Below are positions 50,204 to 61,488 of a DNA stretch of 64,000 bases, in pieces. The position numbers and the translations under genes are program-made. Each line of letters begins with the position of its first letter. Within the stretch, counting starts at the first letter, position 1. Origin of the DNA: Rebecca billardiae RCC1528 (taxonomy: Eukaryota > Protista > Haptophyta); assembly GCA_965240325.2 (NCBI GenBank), contig OZ251231.1, positions 2,418,001-2,482,000 of the forward strand, given 5' to 3'. The notes beneath the pieces are model-generated. The model was not told the origin of the DNA, did no database searches, and saw nothing but the letters and a program-made list of their open reading frames with translations.

Positions 50204-51946
50204 TCAGGCCCTCACCCGCCTGGCCATCACCACGGGTCGTACATGATGCGACGGCGTCGATACGACGCCGGCTGTGACCAGCGGTGGCAGCTGCGATGAT
50301 CGCGGCCGCCACGCTGCCACGACGTCCGAGGGTGTGGCCGTGCTGCTGGTGCGCTTCCGCTGTCGCTTGCCGGCGCTCACTACTTTGGTGCTCACGACTT
50401 GCTCCAGACCGCGCTTGTGCGCACAGCTCCGATGGTGCTTCATGCCGGCCAGCTTGTGCACAGCGCACCGGCTGGCGCGCACGTCACCCGGCATGCCAAA
50501 GTGAGGCCGCGTGGTGCAGCCGGTGTGATCACACTTGGGGTTCTTCAGGTCGACCATGCCGGCCAGCTTGTGCGCAGCGCACCGGCTGGCGCGCACGTCA
50601 CCCGGCATGCCAAATGAAGGCACCTTGACGCAGCCCTCGTGATCACACTTGCGGCTCTTCAGGTCGACCATGCCGGCCAGCTTGTGCGCAGCGCACCGGC
50701 TGGCGCGTGCGTCACCTGCCATGCCAAACGACGGCACCTTGGTGCAGCCGGTGTGATCACACTTGGGGTGCTTCAGGTCGACCATGCCGGCCAGCGTGTG
50801 CGCAGCGCACCGGCTGGCGCGCGCGTCGCCCGGCATGCCAAAGTAAGGCCGCGTGGTGCAGCCCTCGTGATCACACTTGGGGTGCTTCAGGTCGACCATG
50901 CCGGCCCGCTTGTGCGCAGCGCACCGGCTGGCGCGCACGTCACCCGGCATGCCGAAGTTAGGCCGCGTGGTGCAGCCCTCGTGATCACACTTGGAGCTCT
51001 TCAGGTCGACCATGCCGGCCAGCTTGTGCGCAGCGCACCGGCTGACGCGCCCGTCACCCGGCATGCCGAAGTCAGGCCGCGTGGTGCAGCCCTCGTGATC
51101 ACACTTGGGGTGCTTCAGGTCGACCATGCCGGCCAGCGTGTGCGCAGCGCACCGGCTGGCGCGCGCGTCGCCCGGCATGCCAAAGTACGGCCGCGTGGTG
51201 CAGCCGGTGTGATCACACTTGGGGCTCTTCACGTCGACCATGCCGGCCAGCTTATGCGCAGCGCACCGGCTGGCACGCGCGTCACCCGGCATGCCGAAGT
51301 AAGGCTGCGTGGTGCAGCCCTCGTGATCACACTTGCGGCTCTTCAGGTCGACCATGCCGGCCAGCTTGTGCGCAGCGCACCGGCTGACGCGTGCGTCACC
51401 CGGCATGCCAAAGTAAGGCCGCGTGGTGCAGCCCTCGTGATCACACTTGGGGCTCTTCAGGTCGACCATGCCGGCCAGCTTGTGTCCAGCACACCGGCTG
51501 GCGCACGCGTCACCCGGCATGCCGAAGTGAGGCCGCGCGGTGCAGCCGGTGTGATCGCACTTGCGGCGCTTCAGGTCGACCATGCCGGCCAGCTTGGCGC
51601 ACAGGAGCAGCGCCTCGGCCGGCAAGGCGAGGCCGTGAGGACGGAACGAGGGCTGCGGTGTGCCGGTGCAGGCGCGTGCCTGCAGCAGCTGCCCACCCGG
51701 CCCATCATGTCCAGTCATGGCTGCCGCTTGCGCGCGCCGATTGGAGGCTCGTGCACGCCGACCGCGTACGGCACGGTCCGGAGCGCATGCCGGGTGGTCA
51801 AAGCACGTGCGTCGGCCTCGTGACCCGCCCTCTGATGGGCTCGTCGGGTCCCTCCTCACGCTCGAGCCGTGGGCCAGCGTGCACCTTGCGGGTCGGCTGG
51901 CGAGCTGCACTGACACGGTGGATGCGCGGCATGGCATGTGCGCCAA
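50204..51946 (-). CDS. EsV-1-7-type repeat protein, paralog 3 (10 repeats; array 50444..51583)
   Basis: Same repeat with a different order of variants. Confidence 0.8.
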   Translation of the reverse strand: MAHMPCRASTVSVQLASRPARCTLAHGSSVRRDPTSPSEGGSRGRRTCFDHPACAPDRAVRGRRARASNRRAQAAAMTGHDGPGGQLLQARACTGTPQPSFRPHGLALPAEALLLCAKLAGMVDLKRRKCDHTGCTARPHFGMPGDACASRCAGHKLAGMVDLKSPKCDHEGCTTRPYFGMPGDARVSRCAAHKLAGMVDLKSRKCDHEGCTTQPYFGMPGDARASRCAAHKLAGMVDVKSPKCDHTGCTTRPYFGMPGDARASRCAAHTLAGMVDLKHPKCDHEGCTTRPDFGMPGDGRVSRCAAHKLAGMVDLKSSKCDHEGCTTRPNFGMPGDVRASRCAAHKRAGMVDLKHPKCDHEGCTTRPYFGMPGDARASRCAAHTLAGMVDLKHPKCDHTGCTKVPSFGMAGDARASRCAAHKLAGMVDLKSRKCDHEGCVKVPSFGMPGDVRASRCAAHKLAGMVDLKNPKCDHTGCTTRPHFGMPGDVRASRCAVHKLAGMKHHRSCAHKRGLEQVVSTKVVSAGKRQRKRTSSTATPSDVVAAWRPRSSQLPPLVTAGVVSTPSHHVRPVVMARRVRA

Positions 51947-52618
51947 TGGCCGCCCAGGAGGTCAGGGCGAACGGGGGCGGACGTGCACACGTGCGTCCAG
52001 TCGTTCGAACCGCGCGCCGAGGCTGTTTCGAAGGTGCGCACCTGCTTGAGGATGTCGGCGCCCTGGCACTCCGTGGGCAGCCCGTGGGACCAGAGAAGCC
52101 ACGACGGGCAGCATTCGGGCGAGATGTGCATTCTCCCATGGCGGCAGGGAACGCTCTGTGCGTACGCTACGGGCCACGCTGAGGTCGGCGATACGGGCAT
52201 GGCCTGTGCATGTGGCTGGAGCAGTCTGCTCGGGGGCCCACGGATCACCGCGCATGGCCACTCAATCCATGACGCCGACTCAATCTGACTCTGAGTCTGA
52301 CTCTGAGACTCCGAGGGCGAGAGTGATGAGAATTCATCTGTCGTCACTCTCACTATCAGGCGACTCAGCTCCACTCTCGCCATCCGGTCCGGCGGTCGTA
52401 TGCGCAGTGGTATAGGTATTTCGTCTAGGATGGACGTCATCTAGTACAGACGCTGCCTGACGGCGCGCACGCTGCATCAGCGCGGCCACGGCCAGCTGGC
52501 AGCTAGATGACGATGGCGATGCGCACAGAGTCGGTGATCGGACTGGCCGACGGTATTGTAGACATTGTAGTGCGCAGCACGGCCGCCGCGCCCGCGGCGA
52601 GGCGAGCGGCTGTCCGGC

Positions 52619-52969
52619 TCAGGGCGCGCCCGCCGCGCCCTGCTCGGCGCACGCGCCCGAGAAGTCGAGCCGCAGCAGCAGCGCGCCAAACGGCGACGCG
52701 CCGCCGCCGTTCGCGCGCGCGAGCGCGTCGCGGATGTAGCGCACGTACTCGCGCAGCGTCTGGCACGCGACGCGCATCGAGGCGCACGACTCCGCGCTGG
52801 GCAGGCCGTGGAGCAGCTCGGCCGTGGCGCGCTGCTGCGCCTGCACGTCAGCTGCAGTAGCGCGTGCAGCACCTCGTGCACCGCGCACGCCTCGTCCGAG
52901 AGCAGGCAGCAGTGGCACCCAGCGGCCAGGTAGCGGCAGTGCGCAGCGCGCAGCTCGGCGACGGACGCG
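52619..52969 (-). pseudogene. Second duplicated 3' fragment of the gamma-tubulin complex gene
   Basis: Copy of 49101..49451. Confidence 0.88.
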
Positions 52970-53442
52970 CAGGAGCTGCGCGCGCTCGTGACGCGCACGC
53001 AGCTGCTCGGCGCGCTCGCGCCGCTCGCGCGGCTGAGCGCGGGGCTCGACGGCGCGCTCGTTCGGCGCTGGGAGCGCGAGGGGCTGCCGCTGCCCCCGGC
53101 GCTGCTCACGAAGGCTAAGAAGGCGGTCGAGCTGCACGACTCGCTCGGCGCGCTCGGCGCGCAGGCCAGCGCGCTCGAGGCGCAGATCCGCACCGTCCTC
53201 CCCGACCAGGCGCGCGTGCGCGAGTCGATTCAGGCGCTCGAGAATGTGGGCAAGTGCTCGCTGCTCGACCGCTACCTCAAGGACCTCAACCGCTCCGAGG
53301 ACGAGATCGTCGAGACGCGCAAGAAGATCGGCACCGTGCGCAGCGGGCAGGACAGCGTGCGCGCGCAGCTCGGCGCGCTGCAGGAGCAGGTCAACGCGAC
53401 TGCGCCATGATGCGCGCACAGCACGACTTCCAGCAGCAGTGA
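52958..53442 (+). pseudogene. Second duplicated 3' fragment of the DUF4139-ubiquitin gene
   Basis: Copy of 49440..49924. Confidence 0.88.
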
Positions 53443-53721
53443 GTTACGTGAGCACAGAGTCTCAGCGTGCGGTCATCACTGCAGACGGCGCCGCGGCCGC
53501 ACCGCAATTGCACGTCGAATCAGATTCAGATGATTCAGTCGTCACGATCATCAGCTGCAGCACGGCATCATATATATATATATCGTCATCATATTGTCAC
53601 ATGCCGTGATGTAGTCGTGATATATCGTAGCAGTCGTCATGCTGCACCAAGCTAGTTATACGATGACTGCAGTCCAGTATGTATCATCATATCGTCAGCA
53701 CCCGCTGTCAAAGTGAGCTGC

Positions 53722-55692
53722 TCAGGCCCTCACCCGCCTGGCCATCACCACGGGTCGTACATGATGCGACGGCGTCGATACGACGCCGGCTGTGACCAGC
53801 GGTGGCAGCTGCGATGATCGCGGCCGCCACGCTGCCACGACGTCCGAGGGTGTGGCCGTGCTGCTGGTGCGCTTCCGCTGTCGCTTGCCGGCGCTCACTA
53901 CTTTGGTGCTCACGACTTGCTCCAGACCGCGCTTGTGCGCACAGCTCCGATGGTGCTTCATGCCGGCCAGCTTGTGCACAGCGCACCGGCTGGCGCGCAC
54001 GTCACCCGGCATGCCAAAGTGAGGCCGCGTGGTGCAGCCGGTGTGATCACACTTGGGGTTCTTCAGGTCGACCATGCCGGCCAGCTTGTGCGCAGCGCAC
54101 CGGCTGGCGCGCACGTCACCCGGCATGCCAAATGAAGGCACCTTGACGCAGCCCTCGTGATCACACTTGCGGCTCTTCAGGTCGACCATGCCGGCCAGCT
54201 TGTGCGCAGCGCACCGGCTGGCGCGTGCGTCACCTGCCATGCCAAACGACGGCACCTTGGTGCAGCCGGTGTGATCACACTTGGGGTGCTTCAGGTCGAC
54301 CATGCCGGCCAGCGTGTGCGCAGCGCACCGGCTGGCGCGCGCGTCGCCCGGCATGCCAAAGTAAGGCCGCGTGGTGCAGCCCTCGTGATCACACTTGGGG
54401 TGCTTCAGGTCGACCATGCCGGCCCGCTTGTGCGCAGCGCACCGGCTGGCGCGCACGTCACCCGGCATGCCGAATGAAGGCACCTTGGTGCAGCCCTCGT
54501 GATCACACTTGGGGTTCTTCAGGTCGACCATGCCGGCCAGCTTATGCGCAGCGCACCGGCTGACGCGTGCGTCACCCGGCATGCCAAAGTAAGGCCGCGT
54601 GGTGCAGCCCTCGTGATCACACTTGGGACTCTTCAGGTCGACCATACCAGCCAGCTTATGCGCAGCGCACCGGCTGGCGCGTGCGTCACCCGGCATGCCG
54701 AAGTGAGGCCGCGTGGTGCAGCCCTCGTGATCACACTTGGGACTCTTCAGGTCGACCATGCCGGCCAGCGTGTGCGCAGCGCACCGGCTGACGCGCGCGT
54801 CGCCCGGCATGCCGAATGAAGGCACCTTGGTGCAGCCCTCGTGATCACACTTGGGGTGCTTCAGGTCGACCATGCCGGCCAGCGTGTGCGCAGCGCACCG
54901 GCTGGCGCGCGCGTCGCCCGGCATGCCGAAGTGAGGCTGCGTGGTGCAGCCCTCGTGATCACACTTGGGGTGCTTCAGGTCGACCATGCCGGCCAGCTTG
55001 TGCGCAGCGCACCGGCTGGCGCGCACGTCACCCGGCATGCCAAATGAAGGCACCTTGACGCAGCCCTCGTGATCACACTTGCGGCTCTTCAGGTCGACCA
55101 TGCCGGCCAGCTTGTGCGCAGCGCACCGGCTGGCGCGTGCGTCACCTGCCATGCCAAACGACGGCACCTTGGTGCAGCCGGTGTGATCACACTTGGGGTG
55201 CTTCAGGTCGACCATGCCGGCCAGCTTGTGCGCAGCGCACCGGCTGGCGCGCGCGTCACCCGGCATGCCGAAGTGAGGCCGCGTGGTGCAGCCGGTGTGA
55301 TCGCACTTGCGGCGCTTCAGGTCGACCATGCCGGCCAGCTTGGCGCACAGGAGCAGCGCCTCGGCCGGCAAGGCGAGGCCGTGAGGACGGAACGAGGGCT
55401 GCGGTGTGCCGGTGCAGGCGCGTGCCTGCAGCAGCTGCCCACCCGGCCCATCATGTCCAGTCATGGCTGCCGCTTGCGCGCGCCGATTGGAGGCTCGTGC
55501 ACGCCGACCGCGTACGGCACGGTCCGGAGCGCATGCCGGGTGGTCAAAGCACGTGCGTCGGCCTCGTGACCCGCCCTCTGATGGGCTCGTCGGGTCCCTC
55601 CTCACGCTCGAGCCGTGGGCCAGCGTGCACCTTGCGGGTCGGCTGGCGAGCTGCACTGACACGGTGGATGCGCGGCATGGCATGTGCGCCAA
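53722..55692 (-). CDS. EsV-1-7-type repeat protein, paralog 4 (12 repeats; array 53962..55329)
   Basis: Same repeat; 76 aa (two units) longer than paralogs 2 and 3. Confidence 0.8.
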   Translation of the reverse strand: MAHMPCRASTVSVQLASRPARCTLAHGSSVRRDPTSPSEGGSRGRRTCFDHPACAPDRAVRGRRARASNRRAQAAAMTGHDGPGGQLLQARACTGTPQPSFRPHGLALPAEALLLCAKLAGMVDLKRRKCDHTGCTTRPHFGMPGDARASRCAAHKLAGMVDLKHPKCDHTGCTKVPSFGMAGDARASRCAAHKLAGMVDLKSRKCDHEGCVKVPSFGMPGDVRASRCAAHKLAGMVDLKHPKCDHEGCTTQPHFGMPGDARASRCAAHTLAGMVDLKHPKCDHEGCTKVPSFGMPGDARVSRCAAHTLAGMVDLKSPKCDHEGCTTRPHFGMPGDARASRCAAHKLAGMVDLKSPKCDHEGCTTRPYFGMPGDARVSRCAAHKLAGMVDLKNPKCDHEGCTKVPSFGMPGDVRASRCAAHKRAGMVDLKHPKCDHEGCTTRPYFGMPGDARASRCAAHTLAGMVDLKHPKCDHTGCTKVPSFGMAGDARASRCAAHKLAGMVDLKSRKCDHEGCVKVPSFGMPGDVRASRCAAHKLAGMVDLKNPKCDHTGCTTRPHFGMPGDVRASRCAVHKLAGMKHHRSCAHKRGLEQVVSTKVVSAGKRQRKRTSSTATPSDVVAAWRPRSSQLPPLVTAGVVSTPSHHVRPVVMARRVRA

Positions 55693-56367
55693 TGGCCGCC
55701 CAGGAGGTCAGGGCGAACGGGGGCGGACGTGCGCACGTGCGTCCAGTCGTTCGAACCGCGCGCCGAGGCTGTTTCGAAGGTGCGCACCTGCTCGCGGATG
55801 TCGGCGCCCTGGCACTCCGTGGGCAGCCCGTGGGACCAGAGTAGCCACGACGGGCAGCATTCGGGCGAGATGTGCATTCCCCCATGGCGGCAGGGAACGC
55901 TCTGTGCGTACGCTACGGGCCACGCTGAGGTCGGCGATACGGGCATGGCCTGTGCATGTGGCTGGAGCAGTCTGCTCGGGGGCCCACGGATCACCGCGCA
56001 TGGCCACTCAATCGATGACGCCGACTCAATCTGACTCTGAGTCTGACTCTGCGACTCCGAGGGCGAGAGTGATGAGAATTCATCTGTCGTCACTTTCACT
56101 ATCAGGCGACTCAGCTCCACTCTCGCCATCCGGTCCGGCGGTCGTATGCGCAGTGGTATAGGTATTTCGTCTAGGATGAACGTCATCATCTAGTACAGAC
56201 GCTGCCTGACGGCGCGCACGCTGCATCAGCGCGGCCACGGCCAGCTGGCAGCTAGATGACGATGGCGATGCGCACAGAGTCGGTGATCGGACTGGCCGAC
56301 GGTATTGTAGACATTGTAGTGCGCAGCACGGCCGCCGCGCCCGCGACGAGGCGAGCGGTCGTCCGGC

Positions 56368-59300
56368 TCAGGGCGCGCCCGCCGCGCCCTGCTCGGCCCA
56401 CGCGCCCGAGAAGTCGAGCCGCAGCAGCAGCGCGCCAAACGGCGACGCGCCGCCGCCGTCCGCGCGCGCGAGCGCGTCGCGGATGTAGCGCACGTACTCG
56501 CGCAGCGTCTGGCACGCGACGCGCATCGAGGCGCACGACTCCGCGGTGGGCAGGCCGTGGAGCAGCTCGGCCGTGGCGCGCTGCTGCGCCTGCACGATCA
56601 GCTGCAGCAGCGCGTGCAGCACCTCGTGCACCGCGCACGCCTCGTCCGAGAGCAGGCAGCCGTGGCACACGGCGGCCAGGTAGCGGCCGTGCGCGGCGCG
56701 CAGCTCGGCGACGGACGCGGGGCGCGCGCCGTCGAGCGCCTCGGCGCGCAGCCGCGCCCACGCGCCCTCGCACGCGTCGGCCGCCATGTGCGCGGAGAGC
56801 GCGGCGAGGAAGTGGCGCGCCTCGTGGCTGAAGAGGTGGAGCAGGTGGCGCGCGCGCTCGGCGTGCGCGCCGCCGCCGCCGCCGCCGCCGCCGTGCGCGT
56901 CGGCGGCGCGGCGCGCCGTCGGCGCGCGCCGAGCGCGCGCGTCGGCGGCGCGCGCCGCGCGCAGCGCCAGCGCCAGCCTCTGCAGCGCGAGCGCGCACAT
57001 GCGCACGCGCACGCGCAGCCTGAAGACGCGGTTGTACACCGCGAGCGCGGCGCCGTCGAGCACGCAGCCGAGCGCGGGTTCGCAAGCGTACTCCAGCTCG
57101 AGCGCGTCCGCGGCGCTCGCGGCGCTCGGCTGCGCCTCAGCGCCGCCGTCGGCGCGGCCGCCGCGCCGCGTGCGCAGCAGCGTGAGGCGGCGCAGGGCCG
57201 GGTCGTCGGCGCAGCCCGCGTTGTGCGCGGCGCGCTCGAGCCACGCGCGCAGGGCCGGCTCGTCGGCGCGCGGGCGCAGCGCGCTCGCCCTGGCGCGCGC
57301 CCCCGCCCCGCCCTCCGCCGCCTCCGCGCCCTCCGCCGTCGCGCCGAGCAGCTGCTCCGAAATCGCATGGATGAAGTCGGCGTTGCGCCCGATGGCGTAC
57401 TGCTGCAGCGCCTCCAGGTGGGCGCCGAGCGCGAGCTCCTGCGCGCGCGGGGGCGGGCGCGCGGGCGTGAGCGCGGCGGGGGCGCCGCGCTCGGCGGGTG
57501 CGGCGCGCCGCCTGCCGCGCGCGCTCGGCAGGAGCACCCGCCGCCGCTGCGCGCGCGCGCGTGGCATCGCCCACACTCGCTCTCGCGCGCGTGTGCGCGT
57601 GTGTGCGTGTGTGCGTGTGTGCGCGCGTGTGCGTGTGTGCGTGCGTGTGCGTGTGTGCGTGTGTGCGTGTGTGTGTGTGTGTGTGTGCGTGTGTGTGTGC
57701 GCGCGTGGGGGCGGGCGCGCGCTCACGTCGAGTAGCGTGCGCACGGCCAGGCCGTTGAGCGCGGCGTCGAGCACGGCGATGGGCCTGACGACGCACTCCC
57801 TGATCAACACGCGCACCGGCACCGCCTCCTCCTCCGCCTCCTCCGCCGCGGCCGCGCACAGCACGGCCTCAGCTGCGTGGAGGCGCGCGCGCGCGGCCGC
57901 GCCGCCCTCGGGGGCCGTCGCGCTCGCGTCCGGCCCCGCCGCCGCGCGCACGTGCGCGCGCGCCGCCGCCAGCTGCAGCCGGCGCACCTCCTGCCCCCAA
58001 TGGCCGTCCTCGCTCGCGTCGGCCTCGGCGGCGCCCGACCAGCCGTGCGCGCGCGCGTGCGGTGGGGCGCGCGCGCCCGCCGCCGAGGCGTCGAGTCGTG
58101 CGGCGCGCTGCGGCGCGCGGTGCATGAGCTGCGCCGGCAGCGGCGTCGGCGGCGGCGGCAGCGGGGTCGGTGGCGTGGGCGGCAGAGCCGCCAGCAGCGC
58201 GCTCGGCGGCGCACCCTCTGCCGGCCCAAAAGCGGCGGCGGCCACCGGCGCGCCGCCTCCTGTGCCGGGCGCGGGCTGGGCGGTCGCAAAGCGCACAGGC
58301 GCGCCGGGCGGGGAGGCGGCGAGCGACCCGCCGAAGCCGAGCTGCTCCGCCGCCGCGACCACCTCGGGCGCGGGAGCCGCGGCGGCAGCCGCCGCGGCCG
58401 GCAGCGGCTGAGCGCGCGCCGGCCCCGCGGCGGGCTGCGCGCCGCCCGCCTCCGCGCGCTCCGCCGAGCCCCGCGCCTGCGCTGGCTCGGCTGCCGGCGC
58501 GTCCGCGCCCACGTCAAGCGAGGCGAATGCGGCCTCGGCGATGAGCCGGCGGCGCAGCTGCTCGAGCTCCGCGTGCGCTCCCGCCAGCTCGAGCGCCGCC
58601 TCCTCCGCTCCCGCCTCCGCAGCCTCCGGCCGAGCCGCGGGCCACGGTGCCGGCGCCGGCGCCGGCGCCGGCGCGGCGGGCGGCGCGCCGCGGGCGCGCC
58701 CGCCGTCGGCCGCCGCCATGCGGATCGCTGCGCTCGCGGGCGCTGCCGCCGCGGTGGCCGGAAGCTCGAGCGCGGGCTCGGCCTCGCCCCGCGCCGCGGC
58801 GAGCCTGCGGTCGAGCGCGGCGATCCGCGCGCCGTGCTCCGCGACGAGCCGCGCGCGCACCTCGGCGGTGAGCGCGTCGTGCGCGCGCGCGCCAAGCAGC
58901 GCGCGCAGGGGCGCTTCTGCTGACAGGCCAGTGGCGAGCTCGGCGTCGGCGGCGCGCTCCTCGGCGTCGGCGCGCGCGCGCGCGGCGGCGGAGGCGTCGA
59001 TCTGCGACTGCAGCGACTCGCCGTACGCCGCCTGCGCCGCGCGCGCCCGCCGCCGCGCCTCGAGCGCGCGCGCGCGCGCGGCCGCGGCCGCCGCCTCGCG
59101 CGCCCGCGCCGCCGCCTCCGCCACGCGTTGCGCCTCGGCCGCGCGCGCCGCGCTCGCGTGCGCGCGCGCGCGGTCGAGGGCGGCGTGGGTGCGGCGCTGC
59201 GCGTCGGCGTACGCGCGCAGCTCGGCGTCGTGCCGCGCGAGCTGCGCGCGCGTCGCGCACAGCCGCGGCGCCGGCGGCGCCGGCGGCATCGGCAGCGGCG

Positions 59301-61332
59301 GCGCCTCGCGGCGCGCGGCCGCGTGCGCAGCCGCCGTCGGCGCGCGCGCGGCCGGAGCGCCCTCGCCGCTCGCCGCGCCACCCGCCGGCACGCAGGCGGC
59401 GCCGCCCGGCGTCGGCGGCGCCGGGCTTGCCGGCCAGGCCGGGCTGCTCCCGAGCGCGCCGTCGCCCACACTCGCCGCGTCCGACGCGGCCGAGCGGACC
59501 GCCGCCGAGCGGTGCGCGCGCGCCAGGCTGAGCACTGCCTGCGCGCGCGCGCAGCTGCGCAGCAGCGGCCAGAGCGCGGCGCGCGCGAACGCCGGCAGCG
59601 GCGGGGGCGCGGGGGCGGGGCCCTCGGAGCGCGCGTGCGCCGCGGCGTCCGCGCCGAGCGCGACGGCGTGCGCCGCGCCGAAGCCCTCGCCCTCGCTGCC
59701 CGCCGCGGCCGCGTGCAGCTGCGCACACCACGGCGCGCACGCGGCGCGCAGCAGCAGCGAGCGGAGCGCGCGCGCCAGCGGGTCTGCCTCCGCCTCCGCG
59801 CGCGCGCTCGCGGCGGCGAGGCGGTCGAGCACGTCCGCGGCCGGGCGCAGCGCGAGCGCGGCCGCGGCGGCATCGCCCGCCGGGCCCGCGCTGCCCTGCG
59901 CCGCAGCCCCGGCCGCCGAGCCCGCCGCGCCGTCGGCGGGTGCACGCGCCGCCGCGGCCGGCGCGGCTGCTGCGGCCGTCGCGGCCGGCGCGCCGCCGCG
60001 AGCGCCGTCGGCGGCCGGTGCGTGCTCCGAGTCCGCGAGCGCGCAGTCGCGCAGCAGGCGGTGCACGTCGGCGAGCGCGCGGCGCAGCAGGTGCGAGCGC
60101 GCCTCGACGCCGAGCAGCGTGTGCGCCTCCGCCTCCGCCGCGAGCGCGCGCGCGCCCGAGCCGAGCCACTCAAGCGCGGCGGCAGCGGCCGCGCCGAGCG
60201 CGCGGTGAACCGCCGCGCGCGCGCCCGGCGCCGCGCGCAGCGCGTGCGCGAGCGCGCGCGCGCGGCGCGCGTGCGTGCCGCCGCGCGCGAGGGCGAGGAG
60301 CACGCAGCGCGTCGCGCCGGCCGAGCACGACAGCGCGCGCGCGAACGGCGCGGGCGCGAACGCGCCGCCGCCGCCCGGCACAAGCTGCAGCGCGTCGGAC
60401 GGCAGAGCGCACAGCGCGCGCGCGCCCGCGCGCGCGAGCGCGGCCTCGCTGCGCAGCGCGTGCCGCGCGGCGAGCGAGGCGCCGCGCAGCGCGGCCGCGC
60501 GGCGCTGCTCCAGGTGCCACGCCTGCGCGCCGTACCACGCGCCGAAGTGCGCCCACGCGTCGAGGTCGGTGACGAAGCACGCGAGGGCGAGCGCGCGCGT
60601 CGGCGCGGGCAGCGCGGCCGCCGCCGCGCGCGAGCGCGGGCCGTCCGGCGTCAGCGCGGCGGCGGCGGCGCGCGCGCCGTCGGGCGGCGTGCGCTCGTCC
60701 AAGCCGCATGCGCGCGGGCACCTCCCCGCGCCGCCCGCCGCCGTGCCGCCGCCGCCGCCGCCGCCGCCTGCGCGCTCGAGCGCGCGCGCACTCGGCGCCC
60801 CCTTGGAGCCGCCCAACTCGGTGTGGCCGAGGGCGCCGGGGCGGAAGAAGGCGCCGAGGTCGTCGCCGTTGCGCGCGCCGAGTGGCGCGCGCGTGTACGC
60901 GCCCTCGCCCTCCGCGTGCCCGCGCATCAGCGCCTCCGCCGTGCTCGGCTCGCGCGCGCGCCGCACGGTGCGCGCGAGCGCGAGCAGCAGCGTGAGCTTG
61001 TGCACGTGCGCGCTCGGCAGCGGGAAGGGGTCGGCGGCGCGCTCGTCCGGGGTTGCGAGCGCGCTGAGTAGCTCGCCCATGCGCGCGCCAGCCTCAGCGT
61101 CGGCTGGGCGCGCGCGTGCGTACGCGGCCGCGAGCAGCCGGCGGCGCGCGAGTGCGACGTCGTCCAGCGCCGGCGCGCACTCGGCGGACGCGTCGTCGAA
61201 GCGCAGGAGGAGCTCGAAGGCGCGCGCGAAGGCGGAGGCGGACGCCGCGCGAGGCGCCGCCCCGCGCCCACCACCCTCGCCCTCGGCGTGCGCGGCCACC
61301 AGCTCGCGCACGAGCGCGGGGACGCTTGGCAT
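56368..61332 (-). CDS. Gamma-tubulin complex component (Spc97/Spc98 family, GCP6-like); intron 57439..57726
   Basis: GCP C-terminal motifs HLEALQQYAIGRNADF, LELEYACEPALGCVL..YNRVFRL, HFLAAL, ELRAAHGRYL..CLL and LLLRLDFS. A long coiled-coil/low-complexity insert suggests GCP6. Confidence 0.8.
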   Translation of the reverse strand: MPSVPALVRELVAAHAEGEGGGRGAAPRAASASAFARAFELLLRFDDASAECAPALDDVALARRRLLAAAYARARPADAEAGARMGELLSALATPDERAADPFPLPSAHVHKLTLLLALARTVRRAREPSTAEALMRGHAEGEGAYTRAPLGARNGDDLGAFFRPGALGHTELGGSKGAPSARALERAGGGGGGGGTAAGGAGRCPRACGLDERTPPDGARAAAAALTPDGPRSRAAAAALPAPTRALALACFVTDLDAWAHFGAWYGAQAWHLEQRRAAALRGASLAARHALRSEAALARAGARALCALPSDALQLVPGGGGAFAPAPFARALSCSAGATRCVLLALARGGTHARRARALAHALRAAPGARAAVHRALGAAAAAALEWLGSGARALAAEAEAHTLLGVEARSHLLRRALADVHRLLRDCALADSEHAPAADGARGGAPAATAAAAAPAAAARAPADGAAGSAAGAAAQGSAGPAGDAAAAALALRPAADVLDRLAAASARAEAEADPLARALRSLLLRAACAPWCAQLHAAAAGSEGEGFGAAHAVALGADAAAHARSEGPAPAPPPLPAFARAALWPLLRSCARAQAVLSLARAHRSAAVRSAASDAASVGDGALGSSPAWPASPAPPTPGGAACVPAGGAASGEGAPAARAPTAAAHAAARREAPPLPMPPAPPAPRLCATRAQLARHDAELRAYADAQRRTHAALDRARAHASAARAAEAQRVAEAAARAREAAAAAARARALEARRRARAAQAAYGESLQSQIDASAAARARADAEERAADAELATGLSAEAPLRALLGARAHDALTAEVRARLVAEHGARIAALDRRLAAARGEAEPALELPATAAAAPASAAIRMAAADGGRARGAPPAAPAPAPAPAPWPAARPEAAEAGAEEAALELAGAHAELEQLRRRLIAEAAFASLDVGADAPAAEPAQARGSAERAEAGGAQPAAGPARAQPLPAAAAAAAAPAPEVVAAAEQLGFGGSLAASPPGAPVRFATAQPAPGTGGGAPVAAAAFGPAEGAPPSALLAALPPTPPTPLPPPPTPLPAQLMHRAPQRAARLDASAAGARAPPHARAHGWSGAAEADASEDGHWGQEVRRLQLAAARAHVRAAAGPDASATAPEGGAAARARLHAAEAVLCAAAAEEAEEEAVPVRVLIRECVVRPIAVLDAALNGLAVRTLLDVSARPPPRAHTHTHTHTHTHAHTHTRTRTHTRTRAHTRTHAHTRTRARERVWAMPRARAQRRRVLLPSARGRRRAAPAERGAPAALTPARPPPRAQELALGAHLEALQQYAIGRNADFIHAISEQLLGATAEGAEAAEGGAGARARASALRPRADEPALRAWLERAAHNAGCADDPALRRLTLLRTRRGGRADGGAEAQPSAASAADALELEYACEPALGCVLDGAALAVYNRVFRLRVRVRMCALALQRLALALRAARAADARARRAPTARRAADAHGGGGGGGGAHAERARHLLHLFSHEARHFLAALSAHMAADACEGAWARLRAEALDGARPASVAELRAAHGRYLAAVCHGCLLSDEACAVHEVLHALLQLIVQAQQRATAELLHGLPTAESCASMRVACQTLREYVRYIRDALARADGGGASPFGALLLRLDFSGAWAEQGAAGAP

Positions 61333-61488
61333 GAGCTCCTCCCACACCGTTGGTCGCCTGCCTCGCCCGCGCGGCGCGGCTTGCCCGCGCCGCGAGAGCG
61401 CAGCAGCGGCGTCGCTGTGGACCAGGACACAGGACACTCGGCTCGCTCGGCTCCCGGACACGCGCGTCCGGCACGCGGCACGGCCGCG

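Larger units (their letters stand above)
49440..56719. repeat. Tandem amplification units 49440-52957 (3518 bp) and 52958-56707; the first unit is 36626-49439, expanded by insertions
   Basis: ORF track period of 3518 (46686/50204/53722). Junctions fall at GCGACGGACGCG. Confidence 0.88.
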
